The position numbers and the translations under genes were made by a program. 64,000 nt of DNA from an uncultured delta proteobacterium (GTDB lineage: Bacteria > Desulfobacterota > Binatia > HRBIN30 > BPIQ01). How positions within the stretch are numbered: position 1 is the stretch's first letter; each line of letters opens with the position of its first letter. This document shows positions 9,847 to 19,004 of this stretch, piece by piece. The DNA lies in assembly GCA_963761335.1 (NCBI GenBank), contig CAVXGR010000018.1:128001-192000 (forward strand), read 5' to 3'. Below the pieces are notes generated by a model. The model saw only the letters and a program-made list of their open reading frames with translations. It made no database searches and was not told where the DNA came from.

Positions 9847-11277
9847 CTACGGGCCGAGGAATCCCATGTCGAAGCTCGGCACCGTCCAGTAGAGGCTCGG
9901 GTCGCCGGAGTCGAGGGGTAGGATGCTCGACAGGATGGTCGCCTGCGGGATGTTCAGCCAGTGCTTGAGAATGGTTCCGTAGACGTCCCGGAAGTCGGTC
10001 GAGCGATACATGCCGGCCGCCTGCGAGTACACCGTGTTGCCGTAGTCGTCGATGGAGCCGGAGTTGATATCCGGATGGTTGCCGTACACCCCGCCGTTGA
10101 TGCCGCCGATCACGAACACCGGTCCCTGGGACCCGTGATCCGTGCCGTTGTCGTTCTGCTCGATACGCCGCGAGAACTCGCTCCACACCACGATGCACAG
10201 CTTGTCGGCGACGCCCATGTCGAGGCAGTCGTTGTAGAACACCTCGATGGCGTCGCCCACCTCGCGATGGAGCTGGTAGTGCTGGCCATCGGTGTTGGCG
10301 GCCCCCTGATCCGAGTGGGTGTCGTAGCCGCCGTTGCGGACCTCGAAGAAGCGAGCGTTGACGTTCGGCACGCCGCTCTTCACGCCATAGATCACCTTGG
10401 CGACCTCGCGCAGGTCCGAGGAGAAGTACTTGCTGTCGGCGGCGATGTTGTCGTAGGCGTCGTTGAACGCCGAGCGGTCGCCGACGTAGTTGTCGTGGAG
10501 GTTGGCGTAGCTCTCGGTCGCCGTCTGCACCGTCGAGCCGACGATGCCGGCCTGGCGCAGATAGGCGGCGGCGGAGGTGGCGGCGTTGCCGTACAGGGCG
10601 CCGAAGGCGTCGTGCTTGGCGCCGTCGTCCTCGGGGTACCAGTTGTCGTACGGGAAGCCGAAGTACTGGAGCTCGTCGACGGCGAGGACGCTGGTCGCCG
10701 ACTGCAGCAGCTCGCCGGCGACCTCGCCGCGAATGTTCACCGCCGGGATGTCGGTGCTGCCGTACTCCATGGCGAGGTGACGGCCGACCCAGCCGCCGGT
10801 GTACCCGCCGGCACCCAGCGGATTGCCGCTCTCCCAGGCCTTTCGCGAGATCTCGTGGGAGAGGTTGTAGTCCGGATAGCCGCACCCCTGGATCACGGCG
10901 ACCTTGCCGAGGTCATAGAGGTTCTTGAGGCCGACGAGCCCGGGGTGCACCGCGAGTGGCGTCGCCGTCAGGGGATCATTGCCGATCGCTACCGGGCCGA
11001 GAGCGCCGGCGGAGAGGCGCAGGCCGCCGCTGCCGCTGGCGCTGCGGGCCGCCTGATAGGCGGTTCGCAGGCTTCCCGAGCTGCCGTCGGCGATCGGGGT
11101 GACGGTGTTGAGCCCGTCATTGCCGCCGTCGAGGAAGACGACGAGCAGGTAACGATCGCCGATGGTATCGGCGAAGGCTCTCCTCACGAACGGATTGCGG
11201 AACAGGCTGGGCCCGACAAGGGTGCCGGCGGCGGCGAGGCCGCTGCGCTTGATGAACTGTCGTCGCGTGATCGCCAT
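9847..11277 (-). CDS. DUF1501 family protein, Tat-exported (copy 2)
   Basis: TRRQFIK twin-arginine signal; GGNDGLN, SH, GGYDTH, WSEFSR and GTDHG motifs. Confidence 0.9.
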   Translation of the reverse strand: MAITRRQFIKRSGLAAAGTLVGPSLFRNPFVRRAFADTIGDRYLLVVFLDGGNDGLNTVTPIADGSSGSLRTAYQAARSASGSGGLRLSAGALGPVAIGNDPLTATPLAVHPGLVGLKNLYDLGKVAVIQGCGYPDYNLSHEISRKAWESGNPLGAGGYTGGWVGRHLAMEYGSTDIPAVNIRGEVAGELLQSATSVLAVDELQYFGFPYDNWYPEDDGAKHDAFGALYGNAATSAAAYLRQAGIVGSTVQTATESYANLHDNYVGDRSAFNDAYDNIAADSKYFSSDLREVAKVIYGVKSGVPNVNARFFEVRNGGYDTHSDQGAANTDGQHYQLHREVGDAIEVFYNDCLDMGVADKLCIVVWSEFSRRIEQNDNGTDHGSQGPVFVIGGINGGVYGNHPDINSGSIDDYGNTVYSQAAGMYRSTDFRDVYGTILKHWLNIPQATILSSILPLDSGDPSLYWTVPSFDMGFLGP

Positions 11278-11296
11278 CGGGGGCTCTCTCTCGCTC

Positions 11297-12757
11297 TCAG
11301 TGCAGCTGGTATGCCGGGGACTGCAGCACCAGGCCGAAGAGTCCGTGAAGCTTGCGGTTGCGTGTGTCGTAGTCGTGAAGATCGAGAAGTGCGCCGGGAT
11401 TGCCGTCGGAGAGATAGTCGATCAGTGCGTCGCGCTCCGATGCATCCAGCTCGTCGGTCATGCTCAGGGCTTCGAGCACGGCATCGACAATCGGCGCGGC
11501 ATGCGTGAGCGACAGGTCGATCAGGTGATCGGGGCGAAACTGGGTGCGGCCGCCGCCGTAGCGGGCATGGACCACGTCGCGGGCGAAGCTGCAGCGGGCC
11601 AGCATCGTCGAGCTGCTGAGCCATGCCAGCTCCCAATCCCAACCGAAGACGCTGGGAGGATCGAGCAGTGTCTGGCCCATGTTGTCCAGGTGATCGGCGG
11701 CGGTGTCGCCTCCGGGAATGTACTGGTACTTGCTCTTCAGCCGCATGCCGAGCAGGCGCAAGGTACCCACCACGTAGTCGACCGGCCACTTCATCGACTT
11801 CACCGTGCCGGCGCCGAAGGGAGCCGGCACCGCGGTCTCGTAGAAGACGTCGTGGACGAAGATGGCGCGCAAGAGATCGCTCAGCTCCCAGCTGACGTCG
11901 AATCCGGAGGTGGTGATGACCTCGTCGACAACGGCGTCGGCAACCCCGTCATAAGCGAAGTAGTAGAGCAGCTTGCGGGCGATGAAGCGCGCCGCGGTGA
12001 CGTGGTTGTCGGTGTCGCGGTGCTCGAGGATGACGTCGATGATGCGGTCGATCTCCTCCGGCCCTTCGCCCTGCGGCTGGGTGTAGTCGACGCCGCCGGG
12101 AGCGAAGTTGCCGTGGTCGGTGTAGATGATCTTCGGGCCGCCGTCGTCGACGGTGTTGTGGTCGTAGGGGTCGAACTCCGGCTTGCCGTTCTTCCAGTAA
12201 TAGCTCCAGCCGCTGAAGGCGCGTGCGATCTGCACGACGTCTTCCTGCGAGTAGTTGGCATTGCCGGCGAAGTCGCGCACGCCGAGGGTGAACAGCTCCT
12301 GCAGCTCACGCCCGTAGTTTTCGTTTGGCTGACTGCGGTGGTTCCGCACCGTATCGAGATACTCCATCATGGCGGCGTCCTTGTTGATGGCCTTGACGAA
12401 GTCCCGGAAGTTGCCCTTGCAGAAGCGGCGCAGCAGCTGGTTCTGCCGGGCCATGAGGATGTGGTCGTTGACCTTTGAGTCGCCGGTGGCGAAGTGATCG
12501 TGCCAGAAGAGGACGAGCTTCTCCTGGATCGGGTGCCGGGCCTTCACCATGTAGCGAATCCAGCTGTTGCGCACGATATCCAGGTATGGGCCCCGCGGCT
12601 TGAAGCGGGCGGGCTTGAAATTGAGAATGCCGTCCACCGCGTCGCCGCGGCTCTCGCCGACCAGCTTGGTGACGTCCGCCGGGCGGGCCTCGAAGCCGGT
12701 CCGGCGCAGCAGCTGCCTCGCCTCGGCGGCGATCAGGATGGTGTTCGCATCACCCAT
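11297..12757 (-). CDS. DUF1800 family protein (copy 2)
   Basis: EKLVLFWHDHFAT, AMMEYLD, PNENYGRELQELFTLG and terminal SPAYQL motifs. Confidence 0.9.
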   Translation of the reverse strand: MGDANTILIAAEARQLLRRTGFEARPADVTKLVGESRGDAVDGILNFKPARFKPRGPYLDIVRNSWIRYMVKARHPIQEKLVLFWHDHFATGDSKVNDHILMARQNQLLRRFCKGNFRDFVKAINKDAAMMEYLDTVRNHRSQPNENYGRELQELFTLGVRDFAGNANYSQEDVVQIARAFSGWSYYWKNGKPEFDPYDHNTVDDGGPKIIYTDHGNFAPGGVDYTQPQGEGPEEIDRIIDVILEHRDTDNHVTAARFIARKLLYYFAYDGVADAVVDEVITTSGFDVSWELSDLLRAIFVHDVFYETAVPAPFGAGTVKSMKWPVDYVVGTLRLLGMRLKSKYQYIPGGDTAADHLDNMGQTLLDPPSVFGWDWELAWLSSSTMLARCSFARDVVHARYGGGRTQFRPDHLIDLSLTHAAPIVDAVLEALSMTDELDASERDALIDYLSDGNPGALLDLHDYDTRNRKLHGLFGLVLQSPAYQLH

Positions 12758-12804
12758 GGTCTCACCCTCAAATGCAGCATTCTATGTTCGGGAAGACATA
12801 CCCG

Positions 12805-14490
12805 TCAACGAGAACTTGTCGCGAGCTTGTCGAAGCAGAAGCGCGACTCGTCGACCGCGTAGCTGTCGCCGATGGCCGTGGCGGCGGCGATCAGTTCCTC
12901 GAGGGACTCCGGGCGGAGAGGGCCGTTGTCGAGAAAATCGGCGTCGAACCAGGTGCTGTGCAGAAAGAATTTCCGCCGATTCTGCATCGCCGAGAACTGC
13001 AGGTACTGGTACTCGTAGAGGTAGCGCACGAGCATGCGCCAGAGCTGCGCCGGCGGATACTCCCCGCGCAAGGTGCGGATGTTCTGGCGCACGTAGGTCT
13101 CGCGCTCCGTCTCGTCCATGAAGCGCGCGGCCAGGAGGTTTGCCTGCAGGTCGGGGATGCGCTGCAGGAAGATCGCCGCCAGTGCGCCGCCGGCGCTGCG
13201 CTGCGGCGAGGCGGCCGCCAGGGCGCTCAGGTCAGGGGCCGTCTGCGCCCGTGCGGCCCGCGGCGCGGCGGCGATGGCCGCGTCGAGGGCGCCGGCCAGA
13301 GCCGTGGTACGCCGCTCGAGCTCGGCGCCGGCGACGGTTGCGGGGATCCAGCCGGCGTCGGCGGCCAGGTGGGCCCACTCGTGCAGGGCGCGGGCGCCCA
13401 GCATGGCGCGGGCGTACGGAATCTGCGGGCCGCGCAGCCGCTCCAGGCCGGGCTCGCTCAGATTGTAGGCGAGCAGGCGCCGTTCGCGGTGCATGTAGCA
13501 GTATCCGCGTTGCTCGGTCTCGGCGGCGGCAGCCGGTAGGCCCCGGGGGTCGCGCAGCCCCCCGAGGAAGCGGCGCGTGTGGGCGTCGACGACGTGGAGG
13601 TCGGCGGCGATGTCGCGCACGGCGGCGCCGCCGGCGCCCTTCAGTCGCTGCCGGAGTGAGCCGGTGCGCGTCGCTGTCCCCGGCTCCCAGACAAGGTTGC
13701 CCTTGCCCTCGGCGAGTAGCAGAGAGGGCGCCTCGGCGGCGAGCCATTCACAGAGCGCGCTGCAGGCACCCGGATCGGGAGAACGCCATTGCCGGTGGAA
13801 GGCGTCGACGGCGGCCGCTGCGGCGCTCGCCCACGCCTCGACCAGCCGCGGCGGCTCGGACTCGAGAGGCTTCGGCACCAGGAGGCCCGTCCCCGGGATC
13901 GACCGCACCGCGGTGCCGGGGCGCGCCGGCCGCAGGACTTCGTGGTGCAGCTTTGTGATCCACGGCAGGGCGGCTGCCAGGTCTCGGAAGGCGGCGGCGT
14001 CCGGTCGCGGCGACTGTGCGGCGGCGCGGGCGAAGTCGGCGCGCTCGTCCGGGTCACGCTCGATCCAATAGGCGGCGCTGCGCACTGCCGCCATGCTCAC
14101 CTCGCCGCGGCGCGCCATCTCGTCGGCCTGGACCAGCAGATAAGCGACGAGCTCGGCGTTGGAGAGGCGCGGGTCGAGATCGCTCTCGTAGATCATCCAG
14201 GCGGAGGTGTTGAGGATCTGCACGTAGGGCCGCACGGCGAGCGCCTCGGCGACCACGGCGACGTGGCGAAGGCGCGGCGGAGCCCAGGTGCGGGTGCGAC
14301 GCGCGAGCGCCGAGACGCGCTCCCAGTACAGAGAAATGGCGCGATTGAAGAGCTCGAGGCGCTCTCTGCTCCAGCTCCGGCGCGCCTGCAGCAGGTGCGC
14401 CATCTCCGAGCTCATTCCGGCTGGTGTCAGATGCTCGGCCGGAATCAGCTCGAGCCGGGGATCGAGGAGGTAGTAATCCGCCAGGGTCAC
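12805..14490 (-). CDS. Hypothetical protein with HEXXH motif
   Basis: 561-aa ORF with RALHEWAHL; co-oriented between the two DUF1800/DUF1501 pairs. Confidence 0.75.
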   Translation of the reverse strand: MTLADYYLLDPRLELIPAEHLTPAGMSSEMAHLLQARRSWSRERLELFNRAISLYWERVSALARRTRTWAPPRLRHVAVVAEALAVRPYVQILNTSAWMIYESDLDPRLSNAELVAYLLVQADEMARRGEVSMAAVRSAAYWIERDPDERADFARAAAQSPRPDAAAFRDLAAALPWITKLHHEVLRPARPGTAVRSIPGTGLLVPKPLESEPPRLVEAWASAAAAAVDAFHRQWRSPDPGACSALCEWLAAEAPSLLLAEGKGNLVWEPGTATRTGSLRQRLKGAGGAAVRDIAADLHVVDAHTRRFLGGLRDPRGLPAAAAETEQRGYCYMHRERRLLAYNLSEPGLERLRGPQIPYARAMLGARALHEWAHLAADAGWIPATVAGAELERRTTALAGALDAAIAAAPRAARAQTAPDLSALAAASPQRSAGGALAAIFLQRIPDLQANLLAARFMDETERETYVRQNIRTLRGEYPPAQLWRMLVRYLYEYQYLQFSAMQNRRKFFLHSTWFDADFLDNGPLRPESLEELIAAATAIGDSYAVDESRFCFDKLATSSR

Positions 14491-14521
14491 CGCGGCAGCG
14501 GCTTCTGCTCCGCCCCCCAGG

Positions 14522-15925
14522 TCACACGAAACCCATGTCGAAGCTGGGAGCCGTCCACAGCGTGTTGGGATCGCCGCTGTCGACGGGAAGGATGGTGGAC
14601 GGGTCGGTGACGTCGAGCCAGTGCCTCAGGATGGTGCCGAACACGTCGCGGAAGTCCGTGGAGCGATAGGGATCGCCGGCGGCCTGCGAGTAGATGGTAT
14701 TGCCTTGGCTGTTGAGGCTGTTGATGTCGGGGTGGTTGCCGTAGACGCCGCCGTTGACGCCGCCACCGATCACGAACATCGGCCCCTGCGTGCCGTGGTC
14801 CGTGCCGGAGCTGTTCTGCTTGATGCGGCGGCTGAACTCGCTCCACCAGACGATCAGAACCTTGTCGGCGATGCCCATGTCCTCCAGATCGCTGTAGAAG
14901 AGCTCGACGGCATTGCCGACCTCCTGGTGGAGGTTGAACTGGGCGCCGGTCTCGGCGCCCTGGTTCGAGTGCGTGTCGTAGCCGCCGTTGCGCACCTCGA
15001 AGAAGCGGGCGCAGACGGTGGGGTCGAAATTGTTCTCGACGGCGTAGATGATCTTGGCGACCTCGCGCAGGTCGTTGGCGGTACTGCTGTTCAGGCTGGT
15101 GTAGGCCTGGTTGAACGTCGACCGGTCGCTCTTGTACACCGCGTCGATGGGCGGGTAGCTCTGGCTGGCGGTGAGCGTCGCCGAGCCGGCGTTGCCGACG
15201 AAGCGCATGGTGTCCTCCGCCGACCCGGCGGCGTCGGCGTACAGGGCCGCGTAGGCCGCAGCCTTGGCGGCCTTGTCGCTGCTGCTGATGCCGTCGTAGG
15301 GGAAGGTGAAGCTCGACAGCCTGCTGAAGGCCAGCACGTTGGTGGCCGTCTGCGCGAACTCGGGGGCGATCGCGCTGCGGACGTTCACGGCGGGAATATC
15401 GGACTCCCCGTACAGGGAGGCGATGAGAAATCGGCCCACCCATCCGGCATTTCCGGAGAGGACGCCGAGGGGATCGGCGCTCTGCCAGAACCCCTTCGAG
15501 GTGGCGTGGGAGAGGTTCTGATTCGGGTAGCCGCACCCCTGCACCACGGCGAGGTGGCCGGCGTCGTAGAGCGACTTGAAGCCGCTGAATCCCGGGTGCA
15601 GCGCCAGCGGCGTGTTGCTGATCGGGTCGTTGCCGATGGCCGTCGGCATCAGCACGGTGGGCGACAGCTGCAGCCCGCCGGAGCCGGTGAGCCGCATTGT
15701 CTCATAGGTGCTGCGCAGAGTCCCTGCGTCGCCGTCATCGAGCGGTACGACCGTGTTCTGGCCGTCGTTGCCGCCGTCGGCCTGCAGCACCACCAGGTAG
15801 TGATCGCCCATGGCGGTGGCGAGCGCGTTGCGCAGCAGGGGGTTGCGGAGGAAAGCCGGTCCGAGAACGCTTCCCGCGGTGGCCAGGCCGGTACGCTTCA
15901 GGAACTGCCGTCGGGTGATCGCCAT
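14522..15925 (-). CDS. DUF1501 family protein, Tat-exported (copy 1)
   Basis: MAITRRQFLK start at 15925 after AAGGAG; same motifs as copy 2. Confidence 0.9.
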   Translation of the reverse strand: MAITRRQFLKRTGLATAGSVLGPAFLRNPLLRNALATAMGDHYLVVLQADGGNDGQNTVVPLDDGDAGTLRSTYETMRLTGSGGLQLSPTVLMPTAIGNDPISNTPLALHPGFSGFKSLYDAGHLAVVQGCGYPNQNLSHATSKGFWQSADPLGVLSGNAGWVGRFLIASLYGESDIPAVNVRSAIAPEFAQTATNVLAFSRLSSFTFPYDGISSSDKAAKAAAYAALYADAAGSAEDTMRFVGNAGSATLTASQSYPPIDAVYKSDRSTFNQAYTSLNSSTANDLREVAKIIYAVENNFDPTVCARFFEVRNGGYDTHSNQGAETGAQFNLHQEVGNAVELFYSDLEDMGIADKVLIVWWSEFSRRIKQNSSGTDHGTQGPMFVIGGGVNGGVYGNHPDINSLNSQGNTIYSQAAGDPYRSTDFRDVFGTILRHWLDVTDPSTILPVDSGDPNTLWTAPSFDMGFV

Positions 15926-15942
15926 TCGCTTCTCCTTCGCGC

Positions 15943-17541
15943 CTACTGCAGCTGATACGCCGGCGACTGCAGCACCAGGGTGAACAGGCCATTGAGCTTG
16001 ATGTCGCGAAAGCTCTGATCCTGAAGCTTGGGCATGCCGTTGCCGTCGACCAGCAGCGCATTCGGGTCGCCGCCGTCGGTCAGATAGTCGATCAGTGCGT
16101 CGCGGCTCGCCGAGGCGACGGGGAACTGCTCCGGCACCTGGAGAACGGTGGTGACCGCGTCGACGATTGCGCCGGGATTGGTGAGCCCGGTGTCGATCAG
16201 CCGTTCCGGGCGGAAGGCGGTGCGTCCCTTGCCGCGCGCCTCGGCGACGTTGACCGCGAAGTCGTTGCGGGCGAGCAGCGTGCCGCTGTTCACCCATGCC
16301 GTCTCCCAGTCCCATCCGAAAACACTCGGGGGCTCAAAGAGCAGCTGCCCCATGTCCTCGAGGCGGTGATTGATCGAGTTGCCGTTGTTGGTGTCGTTGA
16401 GCAGGTGATAGCGCTTCACGTTCACGGTCTCGTTGGCCGGGTCGCTGTCGATGTTGATGGATCGCTGAAAGGTCGTGTGCGCCAGCCGCATCTTCAGCTG
16501 GCGGAGGGTGCTGATCACGTAGTGCGCCGGCCATTTCACCGAGTGCGGCTGGGCGGCGCTGGAGTAGAAGAAATCGTGGACCAGGATGGCGCGCAGCAAC
16601 GGGTTGATCTGCCAGGCACCGGCCGGGTTGGAAGAGCCGTCGAAGTTGGAGGCCGCGATCACCTCGTCGACGACGGCGAGGGGCGGCGCGGGGTTGGCCA
16701 GGTACGCGAGAAGCTTGTTGGCGATAAAGCGCGCCACGGTGCTCTGTCCCTGGCTGTCGCGGTGCTCGAAGATGATGTCGATGACGGTATCGATCTCGAT
16801 CTCTCCGGTGCCGTTCTCGGTGATATCACGGCCGCCGGGGCCGAAGCCGCCGACGGTCGTGTAGATGGTCTTCGGCGAGCCGGAGTCGTGTCGCCCGCTG
16901 CTCAAGTAGGCGTCGCCGTACTTGTATCCGGGCCCCTTGTCGGTGTGGGTTCGCCATCCGGTGAAGGCGCGCGCCACCTGCACGATGTCGTCCTGGGTGT
17001 AGTTGGGGACGCCGAGGAGATCGTTCACCCCGAGAGTGAACAGCTCCTGTAGCTCGCGGGCGTAGTTCTCGTTCGGAGATCCCTTGCTGTTGCGGATGGT
17101 GTCGAGAAAATCCATCATGGCGCCGTCCTTGTTGATCGCCTTGACGAAGTCCTTGAAGCTGGCGTCGTGGACGTTGCCGATGCAGTGCCGGCGCAGCAGC
17201 TGATTCTGATTGGCCGTCAGCACCAGGTCGGCGACCGTGTCGTTGCTGCAGGAAAAATGGTCGTGCCAGAAGAGGACCATGACCTCCTGTAGCTGCCGGC
17301 CGGTGCGGATCATGTAGTTGACCCAGGAGTCGTGCACCTCGCGGCGCAGATCCGACTGATCGACGTTGTAACGGACGTGGGGACGGAACCGGGAGCCGCG
17401 GCCCCGGATGATCTTGTCGACGGCGGCGCCGCGCGTCTTGCCGGCCAGCGAGCTGACCTTGGACGGCTTGACCTCGAACTCGGTTCGGCGCAGTAGGTGC
17501 CGCGCCTCGGCTTCCGTCAGCACCGTGTTTTCATCACCCAT
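15943..17541 (-). CDS. DUF1800 family protein (copy 1)
   Basis: MGDENTVL start parallels the paralog MGDANTIL; FWHDHF and PNENYARELQELFTLG motifs. Confidence 0.9.
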   Translation of the reverse strand: MGDENTVLTEAEARHLLRRTEFEVKPSKVSSLAGKTRGAAVDKIIRGRGSRFRPHVRYNVDQSDLRREVHDSWVNYMIRTGRQLQEVMVLFWHDHFSCSNDTVADLVLTANQNQLLRRHCIGNVHDASFKDFVKAINKDGAMMDFLDTIRNSKGSPNENYARELQELFTLGVNDLLGVPNYTQDDIVQVARAFTGWRTHTDKGPGYKYGDAYLSSGRHDSGSPKTIYTTVGGFGPGGRDITENGTGEIEIDTVIDIIFEHRDSQGQSTVARFIANKLLAYLANPAPPLAVVDEVIAASNFDGSSNPAGAWQINPLLRAILVHDFFYSSAAQPHSVKWPAHYVISTLRQLKMRLAHTTFQRSINIDSDPANETVNVKRYHLLNDTNNGNSINHRLEDMGQLLFEPPSVFGWDWETAWVNSGTLLARNDFAVNVAEARGKGRTAFRPERLIDTGLTNPGAIVDAVTTVLQVPEQFPVASASRDALIDYLTDGGDPNALLVDGNGMPKLQDQSFRDIKLNGLFTLVLQSPAYQLQ

Positions 17542-17578
17542 GCCTGAGCTCTCCTTGTCATTGCGCTCGCGAGTTGCC

Positions 17579-17611
17579 GCGGGAGGGGAGCCTCCCGCCG
17601 AGCCCTCCCGC
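17579..17611. repeat. Intergenic GC-rich hairpin (REP-like)
   Basis: GCGGGAGGG...CCCTCCCGC inverted repeat. Confidence 0.45.
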
Positions 17612-17616
17612 AATAA

Positions 17617-18615
17617 TCAGTCTGTTCCCGTCACCCAGCCGCTCGCCGGCGCGCCGTCTTCGATCCACAGTCGGATGATCTCGCGCAGCGACCTGTGGAG
17701 CCTGGGCCGGCCCGGCGGGCGCGGCATGCGCAGGCCGAGGCCGGGATCGTCGAGGTCGTTGTCGATCTTGTGGTAGAGCAGGCTGGTGGTGGGGTCGCCG
17801 GGGTTCACCCGCTTCCACCCACGGCTGAGGGCCAAGGCATTCTGCGGGTCGACGCCGACCAGATTGCTGTAAGCGGCGCCGGATTCGAGCAGGAGTCCGT
17901 TGGCCGCCAGATAGCTTTCCGAGTCGTGGCAGGTGCCCACGGCGCAGCTGGTGGAAAACACCTGCTTTTGCAGGCGATCAAAAGTGCTGGTGAACAACGT
18001 CTGCGGATCGCAGCCGTTTACGGTGTCGTCGGCGGGCACGCAGATCAGCTTGTGCTTGTCCGTATCGCCGGGTCCGATCAGCGGCTGTGGCGCGGTGAAG
18101 AGCTGCAGAATCTTCTTGTTGGGCCGGCAGTGATTCCTGCTTCCCGGCGGGCGGCCGGTGGGCCCCTTGATGCGCACGCGGATGTTGACGACGCTCGTGC
18201 AAACGTCGGCAGCGGCGGTCGGCGGAGCGATGTCGCTGTCGATCGCCGTCTGCAGGGCTAGAAAGTCGGTGTCGAAATCGGGGTCCGTGCCGTTGTCGAT
18301 GCCGTGGGCGACGTCGATCGAGGAGATGGCGCCCGAGGTGCAGTGCGTCGGATCGAAGGTGCTGTTGGCACACACCGATACGGCAAAGGTGCAGACGCCG
18401 TCGACGACGCCGTCGGCATCGCAGGTCGGATCGCCGTCGACGCAGCGGATGTGGCGCGGGTTGTTCTTGGGACGATTGGCGTTCGCCTTGAGGGTGGCGT
18501 AGCAGTCGCGGTTCTTCGGTCCGCCGCCGTGGACCTCGATGAGGGGATCGTTGGCGCGGGCAGTTGCCGGCAAAAGCGCCGACGTAAACAAAAACACAAC
18601 CAGGGCGGTGCGCAT
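17617..18615 (-). CDS. Secreted protein: Cys-rich N-terminal domain plus a c-type cytochrome domain (CX4CH)
   Basis: Signal MRTALVVFLFTSALLPATARA; CVDGDPTCDADGVVDGVC; SCAVGTCH, then RVNPGDPTTSLLYHKI...RMP, as in planctomycete-type cytochrome c domains. Confidence 0.75.
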   Translation of the reverse strand: MRTALVVFLFTSALLPATARANDPLIEVHGGGPKNRDCYATLKANANRPKNNPRHIRCVDGDPTCDADGVVDGVCTFAVSVCANSTFDPTHCTSGAISSIDVAHGIDNGTDPDFDTDFLALQTAIDSDIAPPTAAADVCTSVVNIRVRIKGPTGRPPGSRNHCRPNKKILQLFTAPQPLIGPGDTDKHKLICVPADDTVNGCDPQTLFTSTFDRLQKQVFSTSCAVGTCHDSESYLAANGLLLESGAAYSNLVGVDPQNALALSRGWKRVNPGDPTTSLLYHKIDNDLDDPGLGLRMPRPPGRPRLHRSLREIIRLWIEDGAPASGWVTGTD

Positions 18616-18776
18616 CCGGGGTCCTTTCGCGATCGATGAAGCGCTCTCATTCAAGCACAGGAGGAAATACAATCAACCGAAATCTCCCTGCACGAAAGCG
18701 TCAGGAATATGCCTCTATGTGAGCAATTCGGCCAATTTCATCGCGGGTTTCGGGAGTGATTTCATCTCCCGGGTCC

Positions 18777-18877
18777 CCTCTCCCCGCATTTCCGCGGGGA
18801 GAGGATCAAGGTTCTTGGCGCTCAAAGAGATTGGAACGCTCACCCCGTCCCTCTCCCGCCGGCAATGCGGGAGAGGG
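18777..18877. repeat. Pair of CC(C)TCTCCC...GGGAGAGG(G) REP-like hairpins
   Basis: 11-bp stems at 18777-18787/18794-18804 and 18849-18859/18867-18877. Confidence 0.7.
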
Positions 18878-18965
18878 AACCCACGCTCGCAGCGCCGCGA
18901 AGGCCAAGCGATCATCGTTGTTCATGGCTCGCATTCTGTGACTGACGTCCCCACCCGCTGCTCCG

Positions 18966-18994
18966 TTGACATGCTTGGGGGGCTCCCATACCGT
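18966..18994 (+). promoter_or_regulatory. Sigma70-type promoter for moeA-ispF
   Basis: TTGACA-17nt-TACCGT, 10 nt upstream of the ATG. Confidence 0.6.
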
Positions 18995-19004
18995 CGCGGA
19001 CGTC

